Of a stretch of DNA of 64,000 bases, positions 22,806 through 34,135 are shown in pieces. Every line of letters starts with the position of its first letter. Position 1 is the stretch's first letter. The position numbers were made by a program, and so were the translations under genes. The DNA is from Bacilli bacterium (GTDB lineage: Bacteria; Bacillota_I; Bacilli_A; ML615J-28; CAG-313), in the NCBI GenBank assembly GCA_900770645.1, contig CAAGKY010000102.1, positions 1,053-65,052 of the forward strand. Direction: 5' to 3'. The notes beneath the pieces are model-generated. The model did not search any database. It was not told where the DNA came from and worked only from the letters and a program-made list of their open reading frames with translations.

Positions 22806-24995
22806 ATGGCAACCGTTAAAACTGTTATTGATTCGTTATTTTACACCAATCCTGCTAATGGTGATGTAACAGAAGCGAACTTTACCTTACCTTTTGGTAC
22901 ATGTGAAACTGCTGCTGCTACTGCAGCTAAAGCTGTAACATGTGCGAACTTTGTAGCTTTAGAAACTGGAGCTTCAGTAGTAGTTAAATTTACTTATGCA
23001 AATACTGCTTCTTCAGCTACATTAAATGTTAATAGTACAGGTGCTAAAACTATTAAAACTTCAGACGGTCAAGCTTTATCTGGATCAAACTTAAGTCCAT
23101 GAAAAGCTGGCGATATCGTAAATTTTGTTTACGATGGTACTAATTGGCGTAGTTATGCTGCAATCACTAGAAAAGATTTAGTAGATGCAATTGCACAAAA
23201 TGACGCATTAACTTACAAAGGAACTATTCCTGTTAGTTCTACTGTAGATATTTTCCCAGAAACTTTCCCATTAGCTGTTAATCGTGGTTGAACTTATAAA
23301 GTTGCAGCTGCAGGATACTTAGGTTCAGTTAAAGTTGAAGCTGGTGATATGATCATTTTCAATACAGACTGTGATGGAACAAATACTAAAGCAAATTCAA
23401 CTACATACTTTGATGTAATTCAAGGTAATATGGATATGAAAGCTTTAGAGGATAAATTCTCAGAAGCTGATCATACTCACTCTTATTCTCATACTCATAA
23501 AGTATCTCATACTCCAGCTGGTACAAATGAGAATACTTCTATTACTCCAAAAGGTAGTGTTGTAAGTACTTTTAGTGGTAATACTGATACATTAACTGGA
23601 GCAGTTACAACTAAGTCTGCTGGTGGACATACACATACATTTACTGGTACTGCTGCAGAACATGACCATACTTTTGCTGGATCTGCTGCAACAATCTCTG
23701 TTAAAGGCACACCTACTGGATCTGTTTCTAGTACTTCAGTGACTCCAGATGGAAATATCACTGAAGTTACAGTTGACTCAACTCATACAGCAAACTATAC
23801 TCCAAAAGGAAGTATAACTGCAAGTTTCTCTGGAACTGAAGCAAGCCATAATCACTCATTTACTGGAACAAAAGCAACTTTATCAGTAGATTATACTCCT
23901 GAAGGTAACAATGCTGAAGTTACTTTAACTCCAGATGGTGTTAACTCAGCTGTATCACACTCTCATACATTAGATTTATCTGGTAGTTTTACAGGAATTG
24001 CTGCAACGATTACAAGTTCTGAAAAATTTGTTAAGTCTGGTTCTATTGGAAATGCTGGTGGTCATACTCCTACTGGTACTATCTCAAGTACTACAAATAT
24101 TCCTAGTGGAAAAACTGCAAACTACACTCCTGCTGGATATGTTCCTCAAACTAGTATTACTGTAGGATCTAATGATATAGTTTCAGCAGTAACAAGCGTA
24201 ACACACGGAGCTGGTTCACACGTACACAATCCTGCAACTTTAACAATGAGTGCTACAAGTAAAAAATTATCTATTACTTTTAGTGGAGGTTCTGGTTCAC
24301 ACTCTGATCCAACTGTATCTACAACTACAGATAACGTAATAGGTACAGCTACTACTTTCAACCTTCCAAAAACAAATCTTACAGGTACTCCAGCATACTT
24401 CACTTTTGCAGGTACAGCTGTAGCTGATCATACTCATACATTTAGTCCATCAACCGAAAATGTTTCTGCTAGTTATACTCCTACTGGTTCTGTATCTGTG
24501 TCTGGTACTGCATCGTCAGATTCTCATACACATACATTTACAGGAACTACTGCTGCGCATACTCATGCATTTACTGGTACTGAAGCTACTTTAAGTACTG
24601 AATATACTCCAGCTGGTTCTATTGGAAACAAAGCTATTACTCCTGCAGGTACAGTTAGTGCATCATTCTCTGGTACTGCAACTCATTTAGACTTTGTTGG
24701 TATTGCCGCATCTCATGATCATACATTTACTGGTTCAGAATTTACTTCTTCTGGTTCTTATACTCCTGCTGGTACAATTGCTAAGACTTCTATTACTCCT
24801 GCCGGAACTCTTGACACTCAAGGTAGTCATACTCATGATGCTACATTAGCTATGGATGGATATACTCCTTCTGGAACAGTTTCAAGTACATTTACAGGAA
24901 CAGCTGAAGAACATACTCATACATTTACTGGTACTGCTGCAACAATTACTACAACTGATCAATCTGCTACTACAACAAGTGCAGCAAATAAATAG
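22806..24995 (+). CDS. tail fibre with tandem His-x-His repeats (T4 gp37/gp12-like phage fibre repeat)
   Basis: One frame across TGAs at 23100 and 23289. About 14 repeats of GxHTHTFTGTAA/SHxHxFTGT. N-terminus GTCETAAATAAKAVTCANFVALETGA is shared with the 25161 gene. Confidence 0.7.
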
Positions 24996-25160
24996 TAAGA
25001 ACTTAAAATTTAAAAAAATAAATATTTAATTAAAAAACTAGCCGTTACATTAATAGTGTTAAGCTATGTGTGACGGCTAGTTATCTTTAAATTTTCTAAT
25101 TTAAAATTGTATAATATTAAAAATAAACATTTTGACAATGAGAAAGGAGATTTCTTTTAA

Positions 25161-27137
25161 ATGGCAAATAAAGTAATTGATTCCATGACATATGGAAGCG
25201 ATACGTATACGATTTCGACGCCTTATGGAACCTGCTCGACTGCTGCAGCAACAGCAGCTAAAACTGTAACATGTGCTAACTTCGTAGCATTAGAGACTGG
25301 AGCAAAAGTTACAGTACTTTTTACTTATGCTAACTCAGTTGCAAATCCTACTTTAAACGTAAATAGTACAGGTGCGAAATATATTTTATATAGAAATACT
25401 AAATTAGATACTTCAGCAGAATATTGAAAAGCAAATGATACACTTACTTTTGTATATGATTCTACTTGAAGTTCTAATACTGGTGCTTGAAGATTAGAAG
25501 GTCATTTAGATACTGATACAAATACTAACACAACTTATTCAGTAACTACTGGTGACAATAATGGTCAAATTAAAGTTGCACCTAGCGGTGGAACTGCTTA
25601 TAATGTGAATGTTAAAGGGTTAGGATCATCTGCTTTTGTACCTACTTATAAGGCAGCTGAATGCACATCTTACTCTTCAGATGATGGTAACTGTACACCT
25701 GCAGCTGTAAATAAAGCGATTACTCAAGGAATTTTTCCAGCTAACTCTACTGCTTATGGTACAATTAAAGTATCTTCTGTTAATTCTTCTGCAGTTACAG
25801 TAAATAATGAATCTTCAACTGCTGGAAGATATTATCCAATAGAATTAAATAGTGATGGAAAAGCTATTGTAAATGTTCCTTGGACAGATACTGACAATGA
25901 TACAACATACTCAGCTGGAACTGGACTAACTAAAACTTCAACTACTTTTAAAGCAAACTTAAGAAGTGAGACAAAATTAACTAATGATTCTGCTGCAGCT
26001 ACTGAAGTTGCTAATAGAGTTTATCCAGTAGCGGTAGATAAATCAGGGTACTTATCAGTAAACGTTCCTTGGGTAGATACTAATACTCACGACGGTAATG
26101 ATAATCAAAAAGTTAGTGCTGGAACTACAACTTTTGGTATAAATGATACTGTTAAGTTTGTTGCTGGTAGCAATGTTACGATTACGCCTGATGCAACAAA
26201 TAAAACAATTACAATTAGTTCAACTGATACTAATACGGACACTAACACATCTCATGATCACACTGCGGGCACAGGATTAATTATTAGTGGTAGTGGTGGA
26301 ACATCTGGTACGACAACATATTCAGCAAATCTTAACAGTACAACATCTTTAGGAACTATTGGAACCACATCTAAGCTTTATGCTGTTGGTGTAGATGCTA
26401 ATGGTAAATTATGTGTAAACGTTCCTTGGACAGATACTAATACTGATACTAATACTCATTACACAACAGGTTTATATGTTGGAGCTAGTAATGCAAAATC
26501 TAATGCAGCTACTTCTAATGGTGGAACATACTTAAAACTGTATGACGACAGTACAAAACGTGCTGAATTTAAAATTACTGGGTCTGGTGCGACTACAGTA
26601 ACTTCTGATTCAAGTGGTAATATTACTATTAGCTCAACAGATACAAACACAGATACTGGAGCTACTAGTGTAGAAGTTACTGGGTCAGGTAATGCAGTAA
26701 CTGCTGCTTCTTATGATGCGTCTTCTAGAAAAATAACTCTAACAAAAGGCACTACTTTTTTAACTTCACATCAAACAATGTATTATAGACCTATTCGAGT
26801 GAATGGTACTCAAATTTTAGCTAATACTTCAAGTACAGCTTTAAACTTAAAAGCTGGAACAAACGTGTCTATTAGTAATTCTAGTGGAACAGTGACAATT
26901 AGTGCAACTGATACTAATACATGGCGTGGTATCCAAGATAACTTGACTAGTACATCTACTACTGAGTCATTAAGTGCAAATCAAGGTAAAGTATTAAAAG
27001 GATTAATCGACGGAAAATCAGACTCTGGTCATACTCACACTTCAGTTAATGGTTATACTATTACTGTTTTATCTCAATCTTCTTGAAATAGTCTTTCTTC
27101 TAAATCGTCTTCGACAATATATTTTATAACTGCATAG
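25161..27137 (+). CDS. paralogous fibre protein with VNVPWTDTNT repeats
   Basis: Same N-terminus (GTCSTAAATAAKTVTCANFVALETGA). Repeats Y(P/A)V(A/G)VD..G.L.VNVPW(T/V)DT. One frame through five TGAs to TAG at 27135. Confidence 0.65.
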
Positions 27138-27147
27138 GTGAATAAAT

Positions 27148-28389
27148 ATGGCAGTAAAAAAAATATATAAAGGATCGAGTGTAATAAATAACCTATCTGT
27201 TGGAAGCACAGAAGTTAAAAAAGTAGTTGTTATAAATAGTAGTGGTACTTCTAATACTGTTTATGAAAAAGATTTTGATACATACATTACTGTCGTAACT
27301 CCTGCTGGGACAGTTATAAACAAACAAATGGTGACAGCTGGCACAAGTCTTACAACGTCTACTCTTCTTGGTAAAGTACTATCTTATAAATCTTCTGAAT
27401 ATACATCTAATAATCTATACTATTATGATGTACCATGCGATATAACTGTTACACTCTACGATGAAAATAATCAAGTAATTAGGAATATTTTTACTACCGC
27501 TGACGATTTCTATGATGATTTAGCTTCTTATAATTGTGCTACTTCTGGAACATATTATCATATAAAAGCTGAAGTAGAATCTACTTCAAAAGTCGCAGTT
27601 ATGCTTAATATTGATGTTTATTATTATATGTCTTTTGCGCTTTCTGGACTAGTTTTTACTAAAAGTTATCATAAAGGCTCGACATATTCTCAAATTATTA
27701 ATGATTCAGGAAGACCTTCGAGTGAAGTTGTCACTACTGGTGGCTGAAAATATTCTTATTATTATCATCATTTAAGATATGACGACGATACGTCATCTAC
27801 TATTAGCTCTTCAGATCGTATTTTGTCTAGTAGAGCTGTTGAGTATTATTATGCGTATGATCTAGAACAAGTTGACACTAGCGCAGATGGCGCACCGACT
27901 TATTCTGGAGTATTCTTAAAGGCAAGTGATGGAACGTGGCAAACAGTTTTCTCTTGTAGCGGAAACTCTTACGGCGCTATTTATGGAACAGTTAATGCGT
28001 CTGGATCAGACGGTGCTTATAGTGGATATACTTATTCTCTTTTGCTGAAATTCTGAATTGTAACTCCGCCTGGGACAAGTGAAGGTAAAGGATGAAAAGT
28101 TACAGTATATAGTAATAGACAATATATAACTAGTGATGTAACTGCTTTTGATACTTCAAGCGGCTTTATTTTTCCTGGAGTAAACTCAAGAGGTACAGGA
28201 TTTAATAATGTTCGTTTAGGAACATACCAACAAGGTTCTCACAATCTTGGAACAGGGTGATTAAAATTAAAAGCTGCTGGAACAGATATTGTTGGAAGTC
28301 TTGGTGTTGAAAATCAAGAACTTACTAATAACTGTACTATTTATTGAGATGCTAACAACAGTAATTCATCTTCTGGAGGAGGAGACTAA
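27148..28389 (+). CDS. structural protein, unknown function
   Basis: One frame through TGAs at 27745, 28054 and beyond. Stop TAA overlaps the next start (TAATG). Confidence 0.55.
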
Positions 28390-29945
28390 TGAAAAAAAAT
28401 TATTTATACGATCTTGTGAAAGATGCAAAAAGCAATATATTAAATCATTTTGAAGTATTAAAAAATCAGTATCCAAATATTTTAAATTTTAATTCTTTTA
28501 ATGAGTTGCTAGAGAGAGTAAAATCTAAAGAACTATTAGATGCAATTAAAAAATTAATTTCTAATTTTTCTTTTGACGAAAATACAAAAAATATTTTGTT
28601 AAATCGTCTTGATGATACTGAAGATAGAGATCCTATTGTTATTGGGATCACTGGAACTGTGGGAAAAACTTCAATTGCTTATTTACTTAGCGAATATTTT
28701 AAAGCGTATGGAAAGAAGGTAACTCTTCTTTCTAGCGCTGAAATAGATAATCCAATACTTTCTATTTCAAAAAATTTTCCAATTGACGTTCCAATTACAT
28801 CTTTAGATTTTTTAAAATACTTCATAAAGGAAAGTTTAAATTATAATAGTGATATAATTATTATTGAAGTATCTGAAGAAGCTCTTAAAGACGGCAGAGT
28901 TGATGGTATACCTTTTGATATTAAGATTTTATCACATTTTTGGTCTACATGGTTATTTCCTGACACTTCTGAAGAGAATTATTTTCAAAACAAGAGTAAG
29001 TTTTTTGAAAAAGAAGATGACGTAATGTATTTTATTAATAATAATGCGAAAATGGTTCGTAGATTTATTGATAAAGTTAAAAATTATAAACTATTTGGTG
29101 CAAGAGTAAATAGTCAAGATATTAAGAATGAAGATACTAATTATATCGAAGAGCATTTATTTCAAAGTATAAAAAATCAAGCATATGTTATAAAAGGAGA
29201 AAAAGGTTCTTATACTTTAAAGAGTAAAAATATGTTTGGTACTCATCATATGGTTAACTTAACTTGTATTGTTGGAGTACTAGAATATTTAAATATGTTA
29301 GATACAGATATTTTAAGCCAAGTTCTTTGCTCAACAAAAGTTCCAGGTAGAGAAGTAATTACTGCAGGTGATAGAACATTTATTGTAACACTTAATTATT
29401 TAAATGAAATTAATTTTATTCGTGAATATTTAGCTAAAGAATATTTTGAAGAAAATGCATTAGGTGAGTCTTTGTTTAACGAGAAATTTAATTGTGAGAT
29501 AAATAATATAGTATTACTTGACGGTATAGAAGGATTTTCTCCAAATTGAAAAACTAGAAGTGGAAAACCTTTGACTGAAGAATTATTTAGATCTATTAAA
29601 GAGAGAACAAAGAGTGATTATAAGAGATGGAAGTCATTAGGTTTTGATGGATTATCTAAAATTTATTTAACTCCAAATAATCCAGGTCATGCAGACCCAG
29701 AAGAACTTGTTGAATATCTTCGTGAATTATACGAACCATCGCAAAAACCGATTACTACTATTTCTGATAGACGAAAAGCTCTTCAACAAGTTGTATTTGA
29801 CTCTGAACCTGGTGATATTATTTTTATCTCTGGTAGAGGTAATTTCCAATATTATGAGTTAAAAGATGAGACTTTATTCTTTACAGATAGTGCGATAATT
29901 ACAGATACAATAAAGAATTTACCTTGAAGTAAAGATTTAGCATAA
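28389..29945 (+). CDS. Mur-ligase-family protein (MurE/FolC/CapB-like nucleotide-binding domain)
   Basis: P-loop VIGITGTVGKTSIAYLLSEYF. Single frame through TGAs at 29547 and 29925 to TAA at 29943. Confidence 0.55.
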
Positions 29946-30039
29946 TAAAATAATCAATAAAGCAACTATTATAGGTTGCTTTATTTTTTACGAAAAAATA
30001 TTGTATAATATAATATAAATACTAGTGTGTCATATCGGT

Positions 30040-30195
30040 GCGATTAAAGTATAGAGACTTGTGTAAAGAGTAGATATGAGAAACACTTGGTTAACTGGAT
30101 ACTTTACACAATAACTATTGATCAGGTTATTTAATCCCAGAGCTAAGTGGTTAGCGGTTTGCTAGTTTTCCCGCTAGATTTTTAAATAAAAGAGA
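30040..30195 (+). promoter_or_regulatory. structured 5' leader (candidate riboswitch or regulatory RNA) upstream of the HAD phosphatase gene
   Basis: Promoter-like TTGTATAATATAAT at about 30000. 10-bp stem TTGTGTAAAG...CTTTACACAA. Second stem CTAGCGG...CCGCTAG. GC-richer than surrounding DNA. Confidence 0.3.
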
Positions 30196-30196
30196 G

Positions 30197-30712
30197 GTGA
30201 TGATTACTATGTCTAATTATATTTTTCTAGACATAGACGGCGTAATGAATAATCGTCGAGACTGGATGTCTAAAGTAGACAACAAGACAGAACAATTTCA
30301 TAGCCATAGAATGTTTTGTGACGAAGCTTGGCAACTATTGAGTGATGTTTGTCAAAAAACAAATGCAAAAATCATTTTATCATCATCTTGGCGCTTAGGA
30401 CTTACTTATGATGAAAATGATAAGGTTATAGCTAGAGACCATACTTGTCATTTATCTACAAAACTAATTGAATATTTTGATAAATATGATATTAAATTAG
30501 TTGGCATTACTGTTAATAATTGGTCTGAACGTGGACAACAGATAATGAAATATGTTATGGATCATCTTGAAATAGAAGATGATTTTGTAGTAATAGATGA
30601 TGAATCTTTTGATATCAGAGAATATGTTTCTGAAGATCAGTTTATAAAAACAGAATTTGAAACTGGATTGCTTCCAGAACATTGTGAAAAAATCATTAAA
30701 TATTTTAATTAG
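30197..30712 (+). CDS. HAD-superfamily phosphatase-like protein
   Basis: Motif I FLDIDGVMN; true start possibly ATG at 30215. Confidence 0.6.
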   Translation: MMITMSNYIFLDIDGVMNNRRDWMSKVDNKTEQFHSHRMFCDEAWQLLSDVCQKTNAKIILSSSWRLGLTYDENDKVIARDHTCHLSTKLIEYFDKYDIKLVGITVNNWSERGQQIMKYVMDHLEIEDDFVVIDDESFDIREYVSEDQFIKTEFETGLLPEHCEKIIKYFN

Positions 30713-30891
30713 AGGTTCGAAAAACGTTTATTTTAAACGTTTTTTTATTTTATATATCTTTTATTACCTTTTTTCAAAAGTTTATTTGGGATTAATTTTG
30801 AAGCTCTATTATTAATATTTAAATTAACTTTATGAATTATTTTTTGCTAAATTATATGATATTAAAGTACGTTCACAAGAGGAGAAACGTT

Positions 30892-31305
30892 ATGGCTAAA
30901 AATATAATAAGAATGAATCGTGGCGACACTTTTCCGTTTACCGCAATTGTAGAAGATCCTAAAAATCTTAATTCGTTTTATAAATTAACTAACACAGATA
31001 TTTTATATTTTGCAATTCTTCCACCTCACAGTCGATTTGAAGACGCAGAAAAAGATGGTGGAATAATTCGATATTTCTTAGCTGAAGATCAAAAAGATTC
31101 TGGATCTTTTGAGATAGTTTTAAACGCTAAAGATACTAAAGATTTACACCCTGGAGTTTATTATTATTGCTTAAAGTTACAAAAATTGCCTGCAGAAGAG
31201 TACGGAGAATCGTTTAAAAATAATTTAGAAAATATTGTTGGTAATTTTGAATTAGGAGAAATTCAAACAGTGGTTAAACGAACTAAATTTGTCATTAATG
31301 AATAA
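30892..31305 (+). CDS. hypothetical protein
   Basis: AAGAGGAG RBS before ATG at 30892. The track's upstream start lacks an RBS. Confidence 0.45.
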   Translation: MAKNIIRMNRGDTFPFTAIVEDPKNLNSFYKLTNTDILYFAILPPHSRFEDAEKDGGIIRYFLAEDQKDSGSFEIVLNAKDTKDLHPGVYYYCLKLQKLPAEEYGESFKNNLENIVGNFELGEIQTVVKRTKFVINE

Positions 31306-31325
31306 TCTTTAGGAGGAATAGATTA

Positions 31326-32255
31326 ATGATTAGAGGAAACGTTAAAAATAATGACATTACGACTGTTATTGGTCAAATTTCTCAAGCTGAACCTATTACG
31401 GCAGAAATAGGTAGAGGCGATCATAGTGAGCTTCTAAATAGAGATTTACCAAATCAGCATAGTATTGAAGCAATTTTTGGATTACGAGAAATTATTACAG
31501 AACTAAAGCAAAGTAATAGTGAACTAAGAGAGTATTTATCTGGAGAAACTTCATATACTTTAGAAAGTATTAAGAATTTTAATTCTATATTAGCAGATAT
31601 AGACAAAAAATTAGTTAATGAGATTTCTAGAGCGATCTTAGCTGATGAATCAAACGAAAATAAGACATTAATACTTGAAAGAAATCTTTCAGAAATTCAG
31701 AAGACATTGTCAGCTAAAATCTCTGAAGAGAGACAAAGTATAAGTTTATTATTAGATGAATTAGAAACAAAGTATAAGACTGCAGACAAAGATTTAGAGT
31801 CAGAAATTAATACTCTGCAAAATCGTGATGATCAAATGTCTGACGAAATAGGAATCTTACAAAATAAGTTAACTCTGACAATTGATGACTTGAATAAAAA
31901 AGAAGAATATTTAAAGTCACTAAATGATGCATTAAGCACTCGTGTAACTGTTTTGCACAAAGCAATTGAGATAGAGACTAGAAAATTTGAAGAAAAAGAT
32001 TCTATTTTATTAGAAACTATTAATAGTGAGACTGAACGAGCTATTTTAGCAGAAAGTGATTTACAAAAGACTTTGCAAGAAGAAGTAGCTAGAGCAACCG
32101 CACAAGAGTCTTCTTTACAAACAAATTTTACTTCTGATTTAAGAAGATTAGAAACTAATGTTCAAAACAAGCTTGACGCTAAAGCAGATCTAAAAAATGG
32201 TAAATTATTAGAAGAGCAAGTGCCATTCTTAAATGTTGTCTGTACACTAGAGTAA
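31326..32255 (+). CDS. coiled-coil protein
   Basis: AGGAGGAATAG RBS. Heptad-rich sequence. Confidence 0.5.
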   Translation: MIRGNVKNNDITTVIGQISQAEPITAEIGRGDHSELLNRDLPNQHSIEAIFGLREIITELKQSNSELREYLSGETSYTLESIKNFNSILADIDKKLVNEISRAILADESNENKTLILERNLSEIQKTLSAKISEERQSISLLLDELETKYKTADKDLESEINTLQNRDDQMSDEIGILQNKLTLTIDDLNKKEEYLKSLNDALSTRVTVLHKAIEIETRKFEEKDSILLETINSETERAILAESDLQKTLQEEVARATAQESSLQTNFTSDLRRLETNVQNKLDAKADLKNGKLLEEQVPFLNVVCTLE

Positions 32256-32257
32256 AA

Positions 32258-32294
32258 AAGATACTAGTATAACTAGTATCTTTTTATTTTTTTA
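32258..32294 (+). terminator. strong rho-independent terminator
   Basis: Stem AGATACTAGT/ACTAGTATCT followed by T9. Confidence 0.7.
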
Positions 32295-32356
32295 AAAAAT
32301 AGTTTAAAAAACATTGTATTATATTATGTAAAAAAATTTAAAAGGAGATTATAAAA

Positions 32357-32692
32357 ATGTTTAAATTAATTAGAGATAATGTTCCTTCTATTATGAAGAA
32401 AGAAGATAAGGTTTGTAATTATGCAGCTGTTCAAAATGATGAATTGTATTTTGAACTATTACGTGGAAAATTAATTGAAGAAGTTAATGAATTTTTAAAT
32501 AATGGAGCAGTTGAAGAGCTAGTCGATATTGTGACAGTTGTTAAAGCAATATGTACAGCTTTAGGTATTAATGAGAAATCTTTTGAAGAGTTTTATAATG
32601 ATAAACTTGAAAAACAAGGTAGCTTTGATAATAAGTATATGATCTTCTTACCAGATCAACCTCAAGTACTACCTGAAGAAGATAATAAATAA
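32357..32692 (+). CDS. MazG/HisE-like nucleotide pyrophosphohydrolase
   Basis: LIRDNVPSIMKK...EELVDIVTVVKAI pattern typical of the MazG-like all-alpha NTP-PPase family. Confidence 0.55.
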   Translation: MFKLIRDNVPSIMKKEDKVCNYAAVQNDELYFELLRGKLIEEVNEFLNNGAVEELVDIVTVVKAICTALGINEKSFEEFYNDKLEKQGSFDNKYMIFLPDQPQVLPEEDNK

Positions 32693-32737
32693 GATATTAT
32701 AAGAGAAATATAAAGAAGAAAGGAATTAAACTAAAAT

Positions 32738-33769
32738 ATGTTTATTGGAGTTTTATTAGGAATTATTTTTGTTGCTGCTGCAATTGGTTTAGGTTTTGCA
32801 GCATATTCAGCTTTTGGTAATGAGCGAAGTGTAGGTGGAGCATTTTCTGTTGTTGGTTGTATTATTTTTGTAATTGCTTTTTTAGCTGTTCCATTTAGTA
32901 TTAGAACAGTAGATACTGGTAATATTGCAGTAGTTAAGCAATTAGGTGAAGCAAAATATACTAGATCTGCCGGAACTCATTTTGATTTTTGGATGACTAA
33001 GACTTATACTACATATGATGCGAAAGTTCAAAATGTAGATATTACTACACAAGCTTATTCAAGTGATGCTCAAACAATGGAGATTGCAATGACGCTTCAA
33101 TATCAAATTATTTCAGATAAAGTAGTTGATATTGCAAAAGAATATGGAACATTAGATATTTTACAAAATCGTATTCAAAGTATTGCGATAGAGAAAACAA
33201 AATCAGTATTATCAGCTTATAAAGCTATGGATATTATCGAAGATCGTGCTAAGATGTCACCGTTAGTAGAAGAAGCTATTAAAGAAGCTATTGGTGAAAA
33301 ATATTTTGTTACAGTACAAACTGTTGTGTTAACAGATATTTCATTCTCAGAAGCTTTTGAAAAAGCAGTTGAAGAAAAAATGGTAGCAGAACAAGCTAAA
33401 CTACAAAAAGATTATGAAAACCAAGCTGCTGAGGCTGCAGCAGAAACAGCTAAAAAAGTAGCTGAAATGCAAGCAGATGCAGAAGCTTATGCAAAAGAAA
33501 AAGCAGCTGAAGCAGAAGCAAAAGCTATTATTGCTAAAGCAGAAGCTGAAGCTGAAGCTTTAAATATTCAAACATTAGAAGTAGCTAAAATGCTAGGATT
33601 TACTGAAGTTGTAGATAATAAAGAACAAATTAAAGAAAATTTAACTTTAGAAGAAGCTAAATTAATTAAGGCATATATTGAATATATTAAATATATGGAA
33701 GCTTGGAATGGAGAATTACCAGATACTGTTGTTGGCAGTGATGCAAGTATAATTCTTCCAGCAAAATAA
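32738..33769 (+). CDS. SPFH/Band-7 (prohibitin/HflKC-like) membrane protein
   Basis: N-terminal TM segments, SPFH core and an Ala/Glu/Lys coiled-coil tail. Confidence 0.7.
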   Translation: MFIGVLLGIIFVAAAIGLGFAAYSAFGNERSVGGAFSVVGCIIFVIAFLAVPFSIRTVDTGNIAVVKQLGEAKYTRSAGTHFDFWMTKTYTTYDAKVQNVDITTQAYSSDAQTMEIAMTLQYQIISDKVVDIAKEYGTLDILQNRIQSIAIEKTKSVLSAYKAMDIIEDRAKMSPLVEEAIKEAIGEKYFVTVQTVVLTDISFSEAFEKAVEEKMVAEQAKLQKDYENQAAEAAAETAKKVAEMQADAEAYAKEKAAEAEAKAIIAKAEAEAEALNIQTLEVAKMLGFTEVVDNKEQIKENLTLEEAKLIKAYIEYIKYMEAWNGELPDTVVGSDASIILPAK

Positions 33770-33810
33770 AAAATATTTTTTAAAAAATAATTAAAATTTT
33801 GAAAAAAATA

Positions 33811-33828
33811 TTGTATAATATTATGTAA
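33811..33828 (+). promoter_or_regulatory. extended -10 promoter TTGTATAATATTATGTAA
   Basis: Consensus copy, directly upstream of a structured RNA region. Confidence 0.5.
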
Positions 33829-33840
33829 ACAAAAAGAGAT

Positions 33841-34000
33841 GTAGCGGATGCATGAGTTACTTCGTATAATGGTTAATACACTTTTCTTTTAAAAAAGCTA
33901 AGCTGGTTCGACTCCAGCAGTAAAATGCTCGTGCAGTTATTCACATCTTTTCTAACTTAATATTATTATTGACCTAGCGGTAACAGCAGTTACTTCGGAA
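33841..34000 (+). ncRNA. candidate structured ncRNA with a tRNA-like T-arm, possible Y-RNA-like partner of the Ro60-like gene
   Basis: Promoter-driven. Contains GCTGGTTCGACTCCAGC (canonical T-stem/loop) but no acceptor or anticodon partner. Direct repeat AGTTACTTCG appears twice. No ORF. Confidence 0.3.
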
Positions 34001-34135
34001 TTAAAATTAAACTACAAATTTTTTGATGAATATTTTTTTGATAGAAACATAAACTGCTGTTAAATATTCAGGTCAATTAAATTTACTATATATCTCTTTT
34101 TGTTACAAATATAACAAAAGGAGATTTTTTATTTT

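Noticed and set aside
23507-26650. Minus-strand ORFs 23507..23761, 24146..24403 and 26459..26650
   Set aside because: Antisense to the HxH-repeat and VNVPW-repeat fibre genes.
4344-29945. Alternative that TGA encodes Gly (code 25, SR1/Gracilibacteria)
   Set aside because: In-frame TGAs align with invariant Trp positions of CotH, the fibre N-domain and collagen-fibre motifs, not Gly.
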